DNA of 64,000 nt from Mobula hypostoma (taxonomy: Eukaryota): the NCBI RefSeq assembly GCF_963921235.1, contig NC_086097.1:195922001-195986000 (forward strand), given 5' to 3'. Both the position numbers and the translations under genes were made by a program. The notes under the pieces are model-generated. The model had not been told where the DNA came from and did not search any database. It was given only the letters and a program-made list of their open reading frames with translations. Below are positions 12,980 to 25,245 of this stretch, piece after piece (position 1 is the first letter of the stretch; each line of letters opens with the position of its first letter).

Positions 12980-14470
12980 TCAGAATCAGAATCAGAATCA
13001 GGTTTATTATCACCGGCATGTGACGTGAAATTTGTTCACTTAGCAGCAGCAGTTCAATACAATTCATAATCTAGCAGAGGAAAAAAATAATAAATAAAAT
13101 AAAAATAATAATAATAAATAAACAAGTAAATCAATGACATATATTGAACAGATTACCAAAAAATGTGCAAAAACAGAAATACTGTATATTAAAAAAAAGT
13201 GATGTAGCGTCCAGAGAGTCAAGATTCAAAGATCCAAGATTCAAAAAACTTTATTGTCATTCTAACCGTACATCAGCTCTGCAAGGCAGAATGAGACAGC
13301 GTTTCTCAGGAGCAGTGCAATCATAACAGACAAAAACTAAATAATAAACATAACAGTAAATAGTAAAACAAAACAGCCACATGTCAGTTAAAATCAAGTT
13401 ATAAGTGTCCAGTGCAAGTTAAAAGTGTCCAAAGCAGAGTCAGGTAGAGCAGCTATTTAGCAATCTGACTGCCTGTGGGAGGATGTTCAATGTCCATTTA
13501 GGAATCGGATGGCAGAGGGGAAGAAGCTGTCCCCAAATTGCTGAGTGTGTGCCTTCAGGCTTCTGTACCTCCTACCTTATGGTAACAGTGAGAAAAGGGC
13601 ATGCCCTGGGTGCTGGAGGTCCTTAATAATGGATGCTGCCTTTCTGAGACACTGCTCCCTGAATTTGTCCGAGGTACTTTGTAGGCTAGTACCCAAGATG
13701 GAGCTGAATAGATTTACAACCTTCTGCAGATTCTTTCAGTCCTGCGCAGTAGCCCCTCCATACCAGACACTGATGCAGCCTGTCAGAATGCTCTCCACAG
13801 TACAACTATAGAAGTTTTTGAGTGTATTTGTTGACATGCCAAATCTCTTCAAACTCCTAATAAAGTATAGCCGCTACATCGATATGTTGAGACCAGGTTA
13901 GATCCTCAGAGATCTTGACACCCAGGAACTTAAAGCTGCTCACTCTCTTCACTTCTGATCCCTCTACGAGGATTGGTACGTGTTCCTTCATATTACCTTT
14001 CCTTTAGTTCACAATCAGCTCTTTCGTCTTACTGACGTTGAGTGCCAGGTTGTTGCTGCGGCACCATTCCACTAGTTGGCATATCTCACTCCTGTATGCC
14101 CTCTCGTCACCACCTGAGATTCTACTAACAATGGTTGTATCATCAGCAAGTTATAGATAATATTTGAGCTATGCCCAGCCACACAGTCATGGTATATAGA
14201 GAGTAGAGCAGTGGGCTAAGCACACACCCCTGAGGCGCACCAGTGTTGATCGTCAGTGAGGAGGAGATGTTGTCAACAATCCACACAGATTGTGGTCTTC
14301 CTGTTAGGAAGTCGAGGATCCATTTGCAGAGGGAGGTACAGAGACCCAGGTTCTGTAACTTCTCAATCAGGATTGTGGGTATGATGGTATTAAATACTGA
14401 GCTATAGTCGATGAACAACATCCATATGTAGGTGTTTGTGTTGTCCAAGTGATCTAAAGCTGTGTGGCAT
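12980..14470 (-). mobile_element. Rex1/Babar-type LINE with a nested tail fragment (about 13218-13485)
   Basis: Same (AGAATC)n tail as 12157; ORF 14143-14502 has [11 protein letters not shown] and [17 protein letters not shown]. Confidence 0.85.
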
Positions 14471-14911
14471 AAAATGGGAAAACAGGAAAATGAGTTGGCC
14501 ATCTAGCTGTCCTTCTACCTCAGTGGCATTTCCAGCAACATCTCCATTTCCATTAATCGACAAGAAGTATGTCCACCTGTATTCTGTGTGAGCAAACCAG
14601 CTGAGTCTCCACAGCTCTCCAGCTAGAGATTCAATCGTTGAGATTCATTGCCTATGTACCGCTGAAATTTTACCTCATCTCAGTCCTCACCAGCTCGTTA
14701 TTATTCTGATTGTGCCCCCACCCAGGTACTAAATCCCTGGTTGGGGGAAACACCTTCTTTGCATTCAGCTTGTCCAGGCTCTGTGTATGCTTTAATGAGA
14801 TCTCCTCCCATTCTTCGAAACAAGAGAAGACAATTTCAGTCTATTCAAACTGTCATAATTTGGCATCCATACAACCAGTCTTCTGAATCAATACAGTCCC
14901 TGCATGGCAAG

Positions 14912-16324
14912 TGTTGTGGCGTGAATGTTGTAGTGTGGATGAAATCAACGGAGAGACAGAGTTGCTGGTATATACAAAGCAGCTTCTTTATTCAACACAG
15001 CAAGGTACTGCAGGCATTATACGGACTGAGATGCTTTCGGTAGAAAGGTCTGCTAGCCTAATGTGGGCTCAATAATTATTTGCTAAACACAAAGGGCAAT
15101 TCCTATTTACCAAGTTATAGACAACGCATAAATAACACTTCCTTTTGAAGCTACATACAAAACATCACACCTTCTGACTTCATCCTTTCCTCCCAACGCC
15201 AACATGCCTGGGTTGGTACTTACAGCCTTTAGGAGTGCAAGTCAAATCCACAATACATTTATTTGGTATTTTACGTGCTAACTTAGAGGACAATTAATAT
15301 TATAAAGTATAGATCAAGTCAAGTCAAGTCACTTTTTATTGTCATTTCAACCATAACTGCTGGTACAGAACATAGTAAAAATGAGACAACGTTTTCCAGG
15401 ACCATGGTGCTACATGAAACAATACAAAAACTACACTGAACTACGTAAGAAAAAACTCAAAAACTACACTAGACTACTGACCTATCCAGGACTGCATAAA
15501 GTGCACAAAACAGTGCAGGCACTACAATAAATAATAATAAATAATAAACAAGACAATAGGCACAGTAGAGGGTATAGTAGGTTGGTGTCAAGCCAGGCTC
15601 TGGGTATTGAGGAATCTGATGGCTTGGGGGAGGAAACTGTTACATAGTCTGGTCATAGGAGCCCGAATGCTTCAGTGCCTTTTTCCAGATGGCAGGAGGG
15701 AGAAGAGTTTATATGAGGGGTGTGTGGGGTCCTTCATAATGCTGGTTACTTTGCGGATGCAGTGTGTGGTGTAAATATCTGTGATGGCGGGAAGAGAGAC
15801 CCCAATGATTTTCTCAGCTGACCTCACTATCCGATGCAGGGCCTTGCGATCCGAGATGGTACAATTTCTGAACCAGGCAGTGATGCAGCTGCTCAGGATG
15901 CTCTCAATACAACCTCTGTAGAATGTGCTAAGGATGAGGGGGTGGGAGATAGACTTTTCTCAGCCTTCACAGGAAGTAGAGATGCTGATGGGCTTTCTTT
16001 GCTATGGAGCTGGTGTTGAGGGACCAGGTGAGATTCTCCACTAGGCGAATACCAAGAAATTTGGTGCTCTTAACGATCTCTACGGAGGAGTCGTCGATGT
16101 TCAACGGAGAGTGGTCACTCCGTGTCCTCCTGAAGTCAACAATGATCGAAGTACCTGTAAGCTTCACACTTCCATCCGCAGCGTCTGGCTAGTATTGCCA
16201 TATTCACAGCTTTTAGGAAATGCATTGTTGTGAAGTCAATGCACAGTACTTTGTCAAATAGAAGACTGGTGGCCAGGGTCATTTAGGTGTAAATCAATCA
16301 TCTACCCAAAAACTCACTGTAACA
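14912..16324 (-). mobile_element. Solo LTR (about 580 bp net) interrupted by a LINE fragment
   Basis: Starts TGTT (14912) and ends AACA (16324). Exact 5-bp TSD GCAAG (14907-14911, 16325-16329). AATAAA on the minus strand near 14990. Confidence 0.7.
15313..16146 (-). mobile_element. Rex1/Babar-type LINE 3' fragment nested in the solo LTR
   Basis: (TCAAG)n tail; ORF 15967-16167 IVDFRR...TKFLGI...LTWS. Confidence 0.85.
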
Positions 16325-17387
16325 GCAAGTACATCCTTTCTTAGGTAAGGAGACAAAAGCTCCAGGTGCGGTCTTCACAAAGTCCTGTGCAATTGCATAT
16401 AGACTTACCTTTTGAACTTTTCCCCTGTATTCTGCAATAAAGTCTAACAAAGCATTTGCCCTCTTCAACATTTGCTGCATCTGCATATCAATACTAACCA
16501 CTGTGTCCAGGTGCACTTTGGAGTGCAAGGAGGCTTGGCACCGTGTAAGTGCATCCTCAGATTACAGAGAGCAGTGTGGGTCCCAGTGACAGCACGAGAC
16601 TACAGTGGACGCCATCTCATTGGCTCTTCACTCAACCCTGGACCATCCGGACAGCAAAGATGCAAGCATCAGGATGCTCTTTATCAACTACAGCTCAGCA
16701 TTCAAAACCATCGTCCTCTCAAAACTGATCAGTAAACACCAAAACCTACACTTTAGTGTTTTCCTTGTGCCATTGGATCCTGGATTTCCTCACTTGCAGA
16801 CCCCAGTCAGTTTTAACTGGCAAAAACATCTTCTCCACAATCTCCACCATCACAGGAGCACCACAGGTGCTTAGTCCCCTGCTCTACTCACTTTACACCT
16901 GTGACTCTATGGCTAAGTACAGCTCCAACAGCATATACAAGTTTGCTGACGACACCACTGTTGTGGGCTGTATCAAAGGGGGTGATGAATCAGCGTACAG
17001 GAAGAGGATGAAAACTTAGCTGAGTGATGTAATAATTCCTGGGTGTCACTATCTCAGAAGACCTGTCCAGCAAAAGAAAGCACAACAGCATCTCTACTTC
17101 TTCAGGAATCTGCAGAGATTCAGCATGTCATCAAAAACCTTGGCAAACTTCGACAGATGGGTAGTGGAAAGTGTGCTGACTGGCTGCATTACAGCCTGGC
17201 ATGGGAACACCAATGCCTTTGAGCAGAAAATCCTACAAAAGGCAGTGGATTCAGCCCAGTACATCATGAGTAAAGCCCTCCCAACCATCGAACACATCTA
17301 CATGAAACGATGCCATAGAAAAGCAGCATCCATCATCAAAGATCCTCAGTACCATGCTCTTTTCTCGCTGCTACCATCAGGTAGAGG

Positions 17388-19350
17388 TCATATTCATAGT
17401 CATACTTTATTGATCCCAAGGGAAATTGGTTTTCATTACAGTTGCACCATAAATAATTAAATAGTAATAAAACCATAAATAGTTAAATAGTAATATGTAA
17501 ATTATGCCAGGAAATAAGTGCAGGACCAGCCTATTGGCTCAGGGTGTCTGACCCTCCAAGGGAGGAGTTGTAAAGTTTGATGGCCACAGGCAGGAATGAC
17601 TTCGTATGACGCTCTGTGTTGTATCTCGGTGGAATGAGTCTCTGGCAGAATGTACTCCTGTGCCCAACCAGTACATTATGTAGTGGATGGGAGACATTGT
17701 CCAAGATGGCATGCAACTTAGACAGCATCCTCTTTTCAGACACCACCGTCAGAGAATCCAGTTCCATCCCCACAACATCACTGGCCTTACGAATGAGTTT
17801 GTTGATTCTGTTGGTGTCTGCTACCCTCAGCCTGCTGCCCCAGCACACAACAGCAAACATGATCGCATTGGCCACCACAGACTCGTAGAACATCCTCAGC
17901 ATCATCTGGCAGATGTTAAAGGACCTCAGTCTCCTCAGGCAATAGAGATGGCTCTGACCCTTCTTGTAGACAGCCTCAGTGTTCTTTAACCAGTCCAGTT
18001 TATTGTCAGTTCATATCCCCAGGTATTTGTAATCCTCCATCATGTCCACATTGACCCCCTGGATGGAAACAGGGGTCACCGGTACCTTAGCTCTCCTCAG
18101 GTCTACCACCAGCTCCTTAGTCTTTTTCACATTAAGCTGCAGATAATTCTGCTCACACCATGTGACAAAGTTTCCTACTGTAGCCCTGTACTCAGCCTCA
18201 TCTCCCTTGCTGATGCATCCAACTATGGCAGAGTCATCAGAAAACTTCTGAAGATGACAAGACTCTGTGCAGTAGTTGAAGTCCGAGGTGTAAATGGTGA
18301 AGAGAAAGGGAGACAAGACAGTCCCCTGTGGAGCCCCAGTGCTGCTGATCACTCTGTCGGACACACAGTGTTGCAAAAACATGTACTGTGGTCTGCCAGT
18401 CAGGTAATCAAGAATCCATGACACCAGGAAAACATCCACCTGCATCGCTGTCAGCTTCTCCCCCAGCAGAGCAGAGCGGATGGTGTTGAACGCACTGGAG
18501 AAGTCAAAAAACATGACCCTCACAGTGCTCGCTGGCTTGTCCAGGTGGGCGTAGACATGGTTCAGCAGGTAGACGATGGCATCCTCAACTCCTAGTCAGG
18601 ACTGGTAGGCGAACTGGAGGGGATCTAAGTGTGGCCTGACCATAGATCAGAGCAACTCCAAAACAAGTCTCTCCAGGGTCTTCATGATGTGGGAGGTCAA
18701 GCCACTGGTCTGTAGTCATTGAGTCCGCTGGGGCGCGGCGTCTTCGGCACAGGGACAAGGCAGGACGTCTTCCACAGCACAGGAACCCTCTGGAGCCTCA
18801 GGCTCAGGTTGAAGACATGGCGAAGTATTCCACATAGCTGAGGGGCACAGGCTTTGAGCACCCTGGTACTGACACAATCCGGTCCTGCAGCCTTGCTTGG
18901 GATGAGACGTTTCAGCTGTCGTCTCATCTGTTCAGCTGTGAAGCCTACCATGGTGGTTTTGTGTGGGGAAGGGGTATAGCCATGAGAGCAGGGTGGGGGA
19001 CTGTGAGGAGGGGTAGGAGGGGAGAGTGGAATATGTGTTGGTTGGGGGCCGACAACAGATGGCTCATGTGGGGGATGGGCAGGGGCCACAACGTCAAATC
19101 TGTTAAAGAACAGGTTAAGTTCATTGGCCCTGTCCACACTGCCTTCAGCTCCTCTGTTGCTAGTTTGCCGGAACCCAGTGATGGTCCTCATCCCACTCCA
19201 GACCTCTCTCATGTTGTTCTGCTGGAGTTTCCACTCAAGCTTCCTCCAGTACTTGTCTTTCGCCTCCCTGATCCTGGCTTTCAGGTCACTCTGTATTGCC
19301 CTCAGCTCCTCCCTATTTCCATCTCTAAACGCCCTCTTTTTAGCGTTCAG
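17388..19350 (-). mobile_element. Relatively intact Rex1/Babar LINE (RT domain), 5'-truncated
   Basis: Long ORFs 18697-19419 (KAAGPD, PVPK, DYRPVA), 18011-18523 (FFDFSSAFNTI, GAPQGTVLSP, QKFSDD) and 17531-17905. Confidence 0.9.
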
Positions 19351-19413
19351 GATACAAGGTTCAAGTGCCTCAGGATTCACACAACCAAGTTCAAGAACAG
19401 TTACTTCCCCTCG

Positions 19414-19890
19414 ACGCACACAAAATGCTGGAGGAACTCAGCAGGCCGGGCAGTATCTATGGAAGAGAGTGAACAGTCATATTTTGGGCTGAGACCCTTC
19501 ATTGGGACAGGAGAAAAAAGATGAGAAGTCAGAGTAAGAAGGTGGAGGAGGGGAGGAAGAAAAATAAGGTGGTAGATGATAGCAGAGGAGGAGCTGAAGT
19601 AAAGAGCTGGGAATTTGATTGGTGAAAGAGTTAAAAGGCTGGAGAAGGGGAAATTTAATAGGTGAGGACAGAAGGTCATGTAAGAAAGGGAAGGGGAAGG
19701 AGCACCAGAGGGAGGAGATAAGGCAAGAAAGGAAAATAGAAATGAGAAATGGTGAAGGGGTGGACATTACTGGAAGTTCAAGAAAGTGATAATCATGCCA
19801 TTGGGTTGGAGGCTACCCAGGAGAAATATAAGGTGTTGCTCCTTCAACCTGAGTGTAGCCTCATTGCAACAGTAGAGGAGGCCATGGACT
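19414..19890 (-). mobile_element. Penelope-like element 3' portion with a decayed hammerhead motif
   Basis: Reverse-complement similar to 60720-61240, including the GIY-YIG C-terminal remnant and GAAGGGTCTCAGCCCAAAAT. Confidence 0.75.
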
Positions 19891-20164
19891 ACCATCAACC
19901 ATCAGGCTCTTGAACATAAGGGGATAAGTATACATTCTATTTCTGGTGTTCCCACAACCAATGGTCTCACTGTAAGGACTTGTATCTTGTTATCACGTGT
20001 TCTCATTATTTATTGATATTTGTATTTATGGTTTGTTGTTCATTGATCCTGTTTACAGTTACTGTTCTATGGATTTGCTATGCCCGCAGAGAAAAAAAGA
20101 ACCTCAGGGTGTTATGTGGTGTCATGTATGTACTATGATAATAAATTTTACTTTAAACTTTGAC

Positions 20165-20850
20165 CGAACATTTTGTCTCACGTCGGCAGAGGGAGGGCGG
20201 AGCGCTGTCACTGCGGTGCCTGGCCGGCAGGGGTCGATGTGGAGCGCTGTCACTGCGGTGCCAGGCCGGCAGAGGGCGGTTTTCTTGTCCTTGCCCTTGC
20301 AGGTGACGCCATCTTGGCTTCCTCCGAGCGGAGAAGCGGCGTTTACAGTCCGGGCGGTGCCAGTCCGAGAATGATGTAGTTTCGAGGCCCGGAGCTCGGT
20401 GTGTAATTCAAGTTCTGGGCCTCGGCTAGGTGACGACTCTACCTGACTGCGTGGGGCTGGCGAGGAGGAAAACAATGCCCGGCAGTGCCGCGCACTGAGT
20501 CCGCTCCCGTCCTGGCCGGGCGCCGATCCCCGGTGAGACCCCACTTGGCCCTCGGGCGACTGCCCGCCACCCTTGAAGCGATGCGGCTGTGAGCAGACGT
20601 CGAACGCCCGAGCTGAGAGAAGGTGAGAGGAAACGGAGCGTGGGCCCTGGGCCTGGTCAGTTCCGGGAAGCGATGAGGGTGGCGGGTGGACGGAGCTCGG
20701 AAGGGTCCTGTGAACTTCTCCCCACCACCTCCTCTCCTCCGCCCCCTCAAAGCACCACTTAAATTGTTTCCTCCCCCCCCCACCCAGCCTTATCTCCCCG
20801 AAACCCACCGCGCCCCCCGCCCGGCCAAGCATCGTCCGAGGCTTTCTACC
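20165..20850 (+). promoter_or_regulatory. YES1: CpG island: probable YES1 promoter and non-coding exon 1
   Basis: Only CpG-dense non-repeat region in the window. GC boxes GGGCGG (20195, about 20274, about 20352). YY1-type CGCCATCTT (20307-20315). Candidate donors CG|GTGAGA (GT at 20533) and AAG|GTGAGA (GT at 20623). The first coding exon has an acceptor upstream of its ATG, so an upstream non-coding exon is required. Confidence 0.75.
20199..20272. repeat. Tandem duplication of a 32-bp unit (42-bp period) in the promoter
   Basis: GGAGCGCTGTCACTGCGGTGCC(T/A)GGCCGGCAG at 20199-20230 and 20241-20272, one mismatch. Confidence 0.95.
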
Positions 20851-22312
20851 CTCCAGCACCACCTGACCCTTCCTCCTCTCTCTCATTCCGACACTCTTCC
20901 ATCCAAACTTTCCATCCCGATTCCCATAACGCCACCATAGCCTTTCCTTCCAACTCTCACAATTCCAATCCTATTTTCCTTCCTTCCCTACCAGCCCACT
21001 GTTTTTGAACTTATTCCTCCCCACGGTTCTATGCCTCCCTCTCCACAGTCCTGAGTAGACTTCGGTTGTCCCCTCCAGTTGTTGAGTCTTTTGGATTTCA
21101 TTCCACCACGTGAACACTTCCAAAATTACATGTTGATGCAAAATCAGTGGTGTTACATATTAAATGTTCTGATATTTTGTGTTTTATCCTTTTGATGTGC
21201 TCTAAGAGCAACGTTCAACTCTTTAAAAACAATTTTGAGACTGTACTTAGAATGGTTAACCTAACTTTGATGCATCATCCTATTTGAATCTTGTGCAACA
21301 TACCAGTTTAGGCAATATCAGATTTGTTGTGGTGGAATTCCATCCTAATTGTGTGGATTATGTGCATTAATTGTTGTCTACCCAAATTTCTGCATACATT
21401 CTGTAGAAACATTGTTAAAGTACTGCAGGTTTGTACAGCCTTGCCTGAAGTTTTAAAATTATTGCTGGCGTGCAGTGAAAGTTTTCTTTGCATCCTTTTT
21501 CTGAGTATTTTTATTTGATAACTAATAAGTATACATTGGAAACCTACATGTTTTAACAGGTTAATATTCACCATGTAATGCTTGTTTGAATTACACAAAG
21601 CCTTAATATTTTTAAATTATCTTTCATGGTATAATTTTAATATTTAATGCTGATGTATAGCCACTGTATAGTAATTCCATAATACTTAGCAGAATTGGTA
21701 GCAACTTTAGAAAGAAAAAATTAACATTTCATTTGGATGATCTCATTGAGACTAACAGAATATGAAATATTTATCAATCATTTTTGTGTTTGAATTTTTT
21801 TTATCTGATTTCCAAAAGGCCAGTAACATCTTAATTGTTTCATGACAAACACTCTTAGTTCTGAAATGCATTGAAAGTAGCGCTGCTTCTCTCCCCCCTT
21901 AATGCCACATTATCACTGAACTAGCAACACAACTTACATCCATCCTCCCCTCTCTCAGGTCCAGCAAGTATCCTGACAGCAGGAATATGGACTTCTCTAC
22001 CTATTACCTAGAGTCATTTGCTGAATGTCAGTAATTCAGGTAAGAAGGGTCATGTCTGATCCCCTACCTCAGGAATTATGTGGGTTAATGAGGCAGTTAA
22101 CATTATTGTTAGTCCAGCATTTAAGATGCTATGATAAACCCATGTGACAACTTATGGAATGCGAAATCGTAATTTATTTAGGTATTGCAAGGTTTTACAA
22201 TGGTAGTAATAATTTATAACAGCGTTTTATTTTTAAATTCACTTACCTTTGCAAGTATCCTGAAAAGTTCAACCATTTAGACAGAACTTGAACAAAAGTG
22301 CATCACATTCAG

Positions 22313-22415
22313 AGTCCTGCTGAAGGGTCTCTGCACAAAATGTTGACTGTTTATTCCCCTTCATAGATATTATCTGACTTGCTGAGTTCCTCCAACATTT
22401 TGTGTGTGCTGCTCA
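22313..22415 (+). mobile_element. Short Penelope-derived terminal fragment with a decayed hammerhead motif
   Basis: GTCCTGCTGAAGGGTCTCTGCACAAAATGTTGAC...CTGAGTTCCTCCAACATTTTGTGTG, similar to 61143-61240. Confidence 0.6.
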
Positions 22416-22819
22416 CGATCAGAGTCATGCCTGTCCACACATCCTGGAGCAGTATATCTTGTGAGTCAAGCATAGTCCCTGTGTAGAAACTTTTGGACTT
22501 CTGAGTGTAACTGCACATGTGCATACTCTAAATTTCTCACATTTATTGTGGGCACTGAAAGTGCCAGTTCTGAAAGCCGTAAATAATTCACGCAGCACAA
22601 CGTAAAACTTTTATATTTCAGTCAAATCAAAATGCTACAAATTATCTGAACTAAAAAGTATTTAAAATGGTTACAATGACAAGTCAACCAAATGATATTT
22701 TACTTTTTCTCTCTCAGTTGCTACCAAATCTGCTGAGTGTTTCCAGCATTTCTTTTTGTTTGATTGTGCAGTTCACTTTTCTATTGTGGTTTTCCTAATG
22801 GATTATTGGCAAATGGCTT

Positions 22820-23640
22820 CTTTGCAGGTTCAATGGTTAATCAGTGAAGCAAATAGAATGTTATCATTTATTGCTAGGGGATTGAATATGATAAGGAGGC
22901 TATACATAGTGTCAGGGCATTGGTGTGACCTTATCTGAAGTGTTGTATTGTTAATGATCTCTTTAAGGAAGCGAAAGCAGTTCAAAACAGGGTTTCCTTG
23001 TCCAATAACAGGTATGGACAGATTTTCTTGGAGAGAAAGGTTGAATAGGTAACTGCTATAGTTTTGGTGAGTGTGAGTTGTTGTGAATAAAGTATGCAAG
23101 AACATGGAAGCTCAAGGCAGAGTAGGATGTAGAAAATATATTTCCTTTTATGGGAGAATGCAGAGCTAGCAGTTACCATTTATGTCAGATGGAGTATTTT
23201 TTTCTGAGTCATGAGCCAGAGAGCAGAATCTTTGAATATTTTTAAAGCAGATAGATTGGGTCTTGGTAAGAGGATGAACTGCTGCCAGGTGTAGGTGGCA
23301 TTGTAGAGATGAGATGACAATTAGGTCAGCTATAATGAATGGGGGAAGAAACCTGGAGGAGTTGAGTGGCCCGCTCCTGCTATCCCCAGCATCCCCACCT
23401 TCAAATGGTGATACCTCAAAAAGGCGGCATCCATCCTCCGCAATCAAATTTCTGAATGGGTGGGCAATGAATCCATGGACACTACCTCATTATTTTCCCC
23501 TTTTTGCACTACTCATTTAATTTTTTATATATATACTTATTGCAATTTGTATATACTTTTATTATGTATTGCAAGGTACTGCAGCCACAAAACAACAAAT
23601 TTCATGACATACACCAGCAATACTAAACATGATTCTGATT
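22820..23640 (+). mobile_element. Decayed CR1 3' fragment followed by a Rex-type tail
   Basis: CR1-like ANRMLSFIARG in ORF 22756-22938; Rex tail ending AAACATGATTCTGATT. Confidence 0.6.
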
Positions 23641-23679
23641 AAATGTATGTGTTCAATTCGGGCTTTGCCTCCAGATAAT

Positions 23680-25245
23680 AACACAAAGGCCATCTCTCAA
23701 CCAAAAAAAAACAAGGCCTTGAAAGATGACAGCACCTCAGTTGAAGTTTTAAAACTGCATGATGAAGAGTCACAAATTCACAATCTCACTGTCCACATTT
23801 GAGAAGAGGAAGCTATGTCAGGGAATCTCAGATGGTGTGGTCATGGCATCTTCAAATCCAATTATGGCAACCACGAAGGAGTCTTCCTGGAGTCTCCCAC
23901 AGGGAAAGTCATTGCCAGTTGTCTCTCAATTGCTGAGGAACTGATTCCACTGTGAATTCTATCCACCTGAAGATGCTATAGACTTGATCTTTACCAGCTG
24001 ACGAAGACAAGTGCAGGTAACAGCACCAAATGTTATCTGAAGTTTTATTGACCTCACCTAAACCCTTGGCCTGTTATCAGGAGAGACTGTGGAATACTTT
24101 TCAAATTCAGTGTTCCCCATAACATCACCATTTTACATTTGCATCATGATGCATGCAAACCATAATCTTAACAGGTAGATCTACTGAACCAATCTCAGTG
24201 GAATGCAGTGTTGAACAGGGCTGCATTATTGCACGAACATTTTTCTCGGTCTCTTGTTGCAAAGTTGTATTTGTTTTCCAAAAAGTTTCCTGTGGATTGC
24301 AGTTAAATCTCAGAACTGATGCTAAACTGTTCAACCTACAGCAACCACGCACAAGAAGCAAGGGCAGCCAAAGCTCAATAGTCAGCCTACTGTATCCTGA
24401 TGAGATTCTCCTTTGCATGCATTTATAGGCCAAGTTTCAAATCATGTAAACTTACAGAGGTATATAGTAGGTGAGCATTGCGGTCAATATCTGAAGCACA
24501 AGGGTGCTCTAGTGACCTGGCCCATCTCATAACTGGCTTCTAACGATAAATGTTTACTGTGAAGCTGGTGGAAACACTGACTACTTCCCATAACTTAAGT
24601 AATGCCATTGGTGATGAAAATAAAAGTAACTTTCAATAAACCTAACACAGCTTGTGGTTATTTGAGTAAAAGGGTATTACAAGATGTAGACCTCATCTAG
24701 CGCAAAACTCTTGGTTTACTGTGAAGAAATATTCCTTGCTTTTATATATGTTTTAGATCTAGACTACTTACAAAAGATACTTCAAGGCATTTAGATGGTA
24801 CTACCAAAACTTTCTTTGCAGGATGCATCAACTGATATCAGGGTTTTATCCAAGCCAACATCCCCCAGCTCTTTAGCCCCTGATTACCCTCATTTGGCTC
24901 TGTTGCATGTTGTTCACATACAGGACAATGCTCTCTTTTGGGTTTTACTCTTCCAAGAGATTGCCAAGTAAACAAAAATTTTAAAGGAAGTGTGCTCAAA
25001 GCCTACGTGGGAAAAATTGCAATGTTCCCACTGATTCTTGCGAATTCTTAGCCCATAACTTAAAGTGGAAATGAAACTTTTATGGTGGTACTAAGAACCT
25101 TGAACCCACATACTGGGAGCCGACAGAGCCCTGCCTAGGTGGCAAAAGGAACACACCCCACTCCTGGACTATTCACCCATCACCTGTCCGTCTTGTGAAA
25201 CAGTGTGCTCTCCTCATTGGCTTCATCAGCCACCTCAGAAACCAC
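23680..25245 (+). mobile_element. Ancient RTE LINE remnant
   Basis: ORF 24153-24428 has VEQGCIIARTFFS and RTDAKLFNL (RTE RT signature). Ends in an ATTGGCTTCATCAGCCACCTCAGAAACCAC zinc-finger remnant. Confidence 0.65.

Larger units (their letters stand above)
14560..16490 (-). mobile_element. Decayed CR1 3' fragment split by a solo LTR
   Basis: Segments 14560-14911 and 16330-16490 join across the GCAAG TSD into a continuous antisense CR1 sequence. Confidence 0.55.
16596..20163 (+). mobile_element. Rex1/Babar-type LINE split by two insertions; its tail abuts the CpG island
   Basis: RT motifs in ORFs 16605-17460 (YKFADDT). Resumes at about 19355-19412 and 19891-20163. Tail ATAATAAATTTTACTTTAAACTTTGA. 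Confidence 0.8.

Noticed and set aside
12157..13005. Short periodic repeats such as (AGAATC)n, (TCAAG)n and (ATTAG)n
   Set aside because: These are LINE 3' microsatellite tails, not CRISPR or telomeric arrays.
20122..20886. 254-aa minus-strand ORF across the CpG island
   Set aside because: GC-rich, stop-poor sequence with no recognisable domain; it runs into a LINE tail.
6962..22137. 17-mer TTAAGATGCTATGATAA shared in inverted orientation (6962-6978 and 22121-22137)
   Set aside because: AT-rich, no flanking similarity; one such match is plausible by chance in 64 kb.
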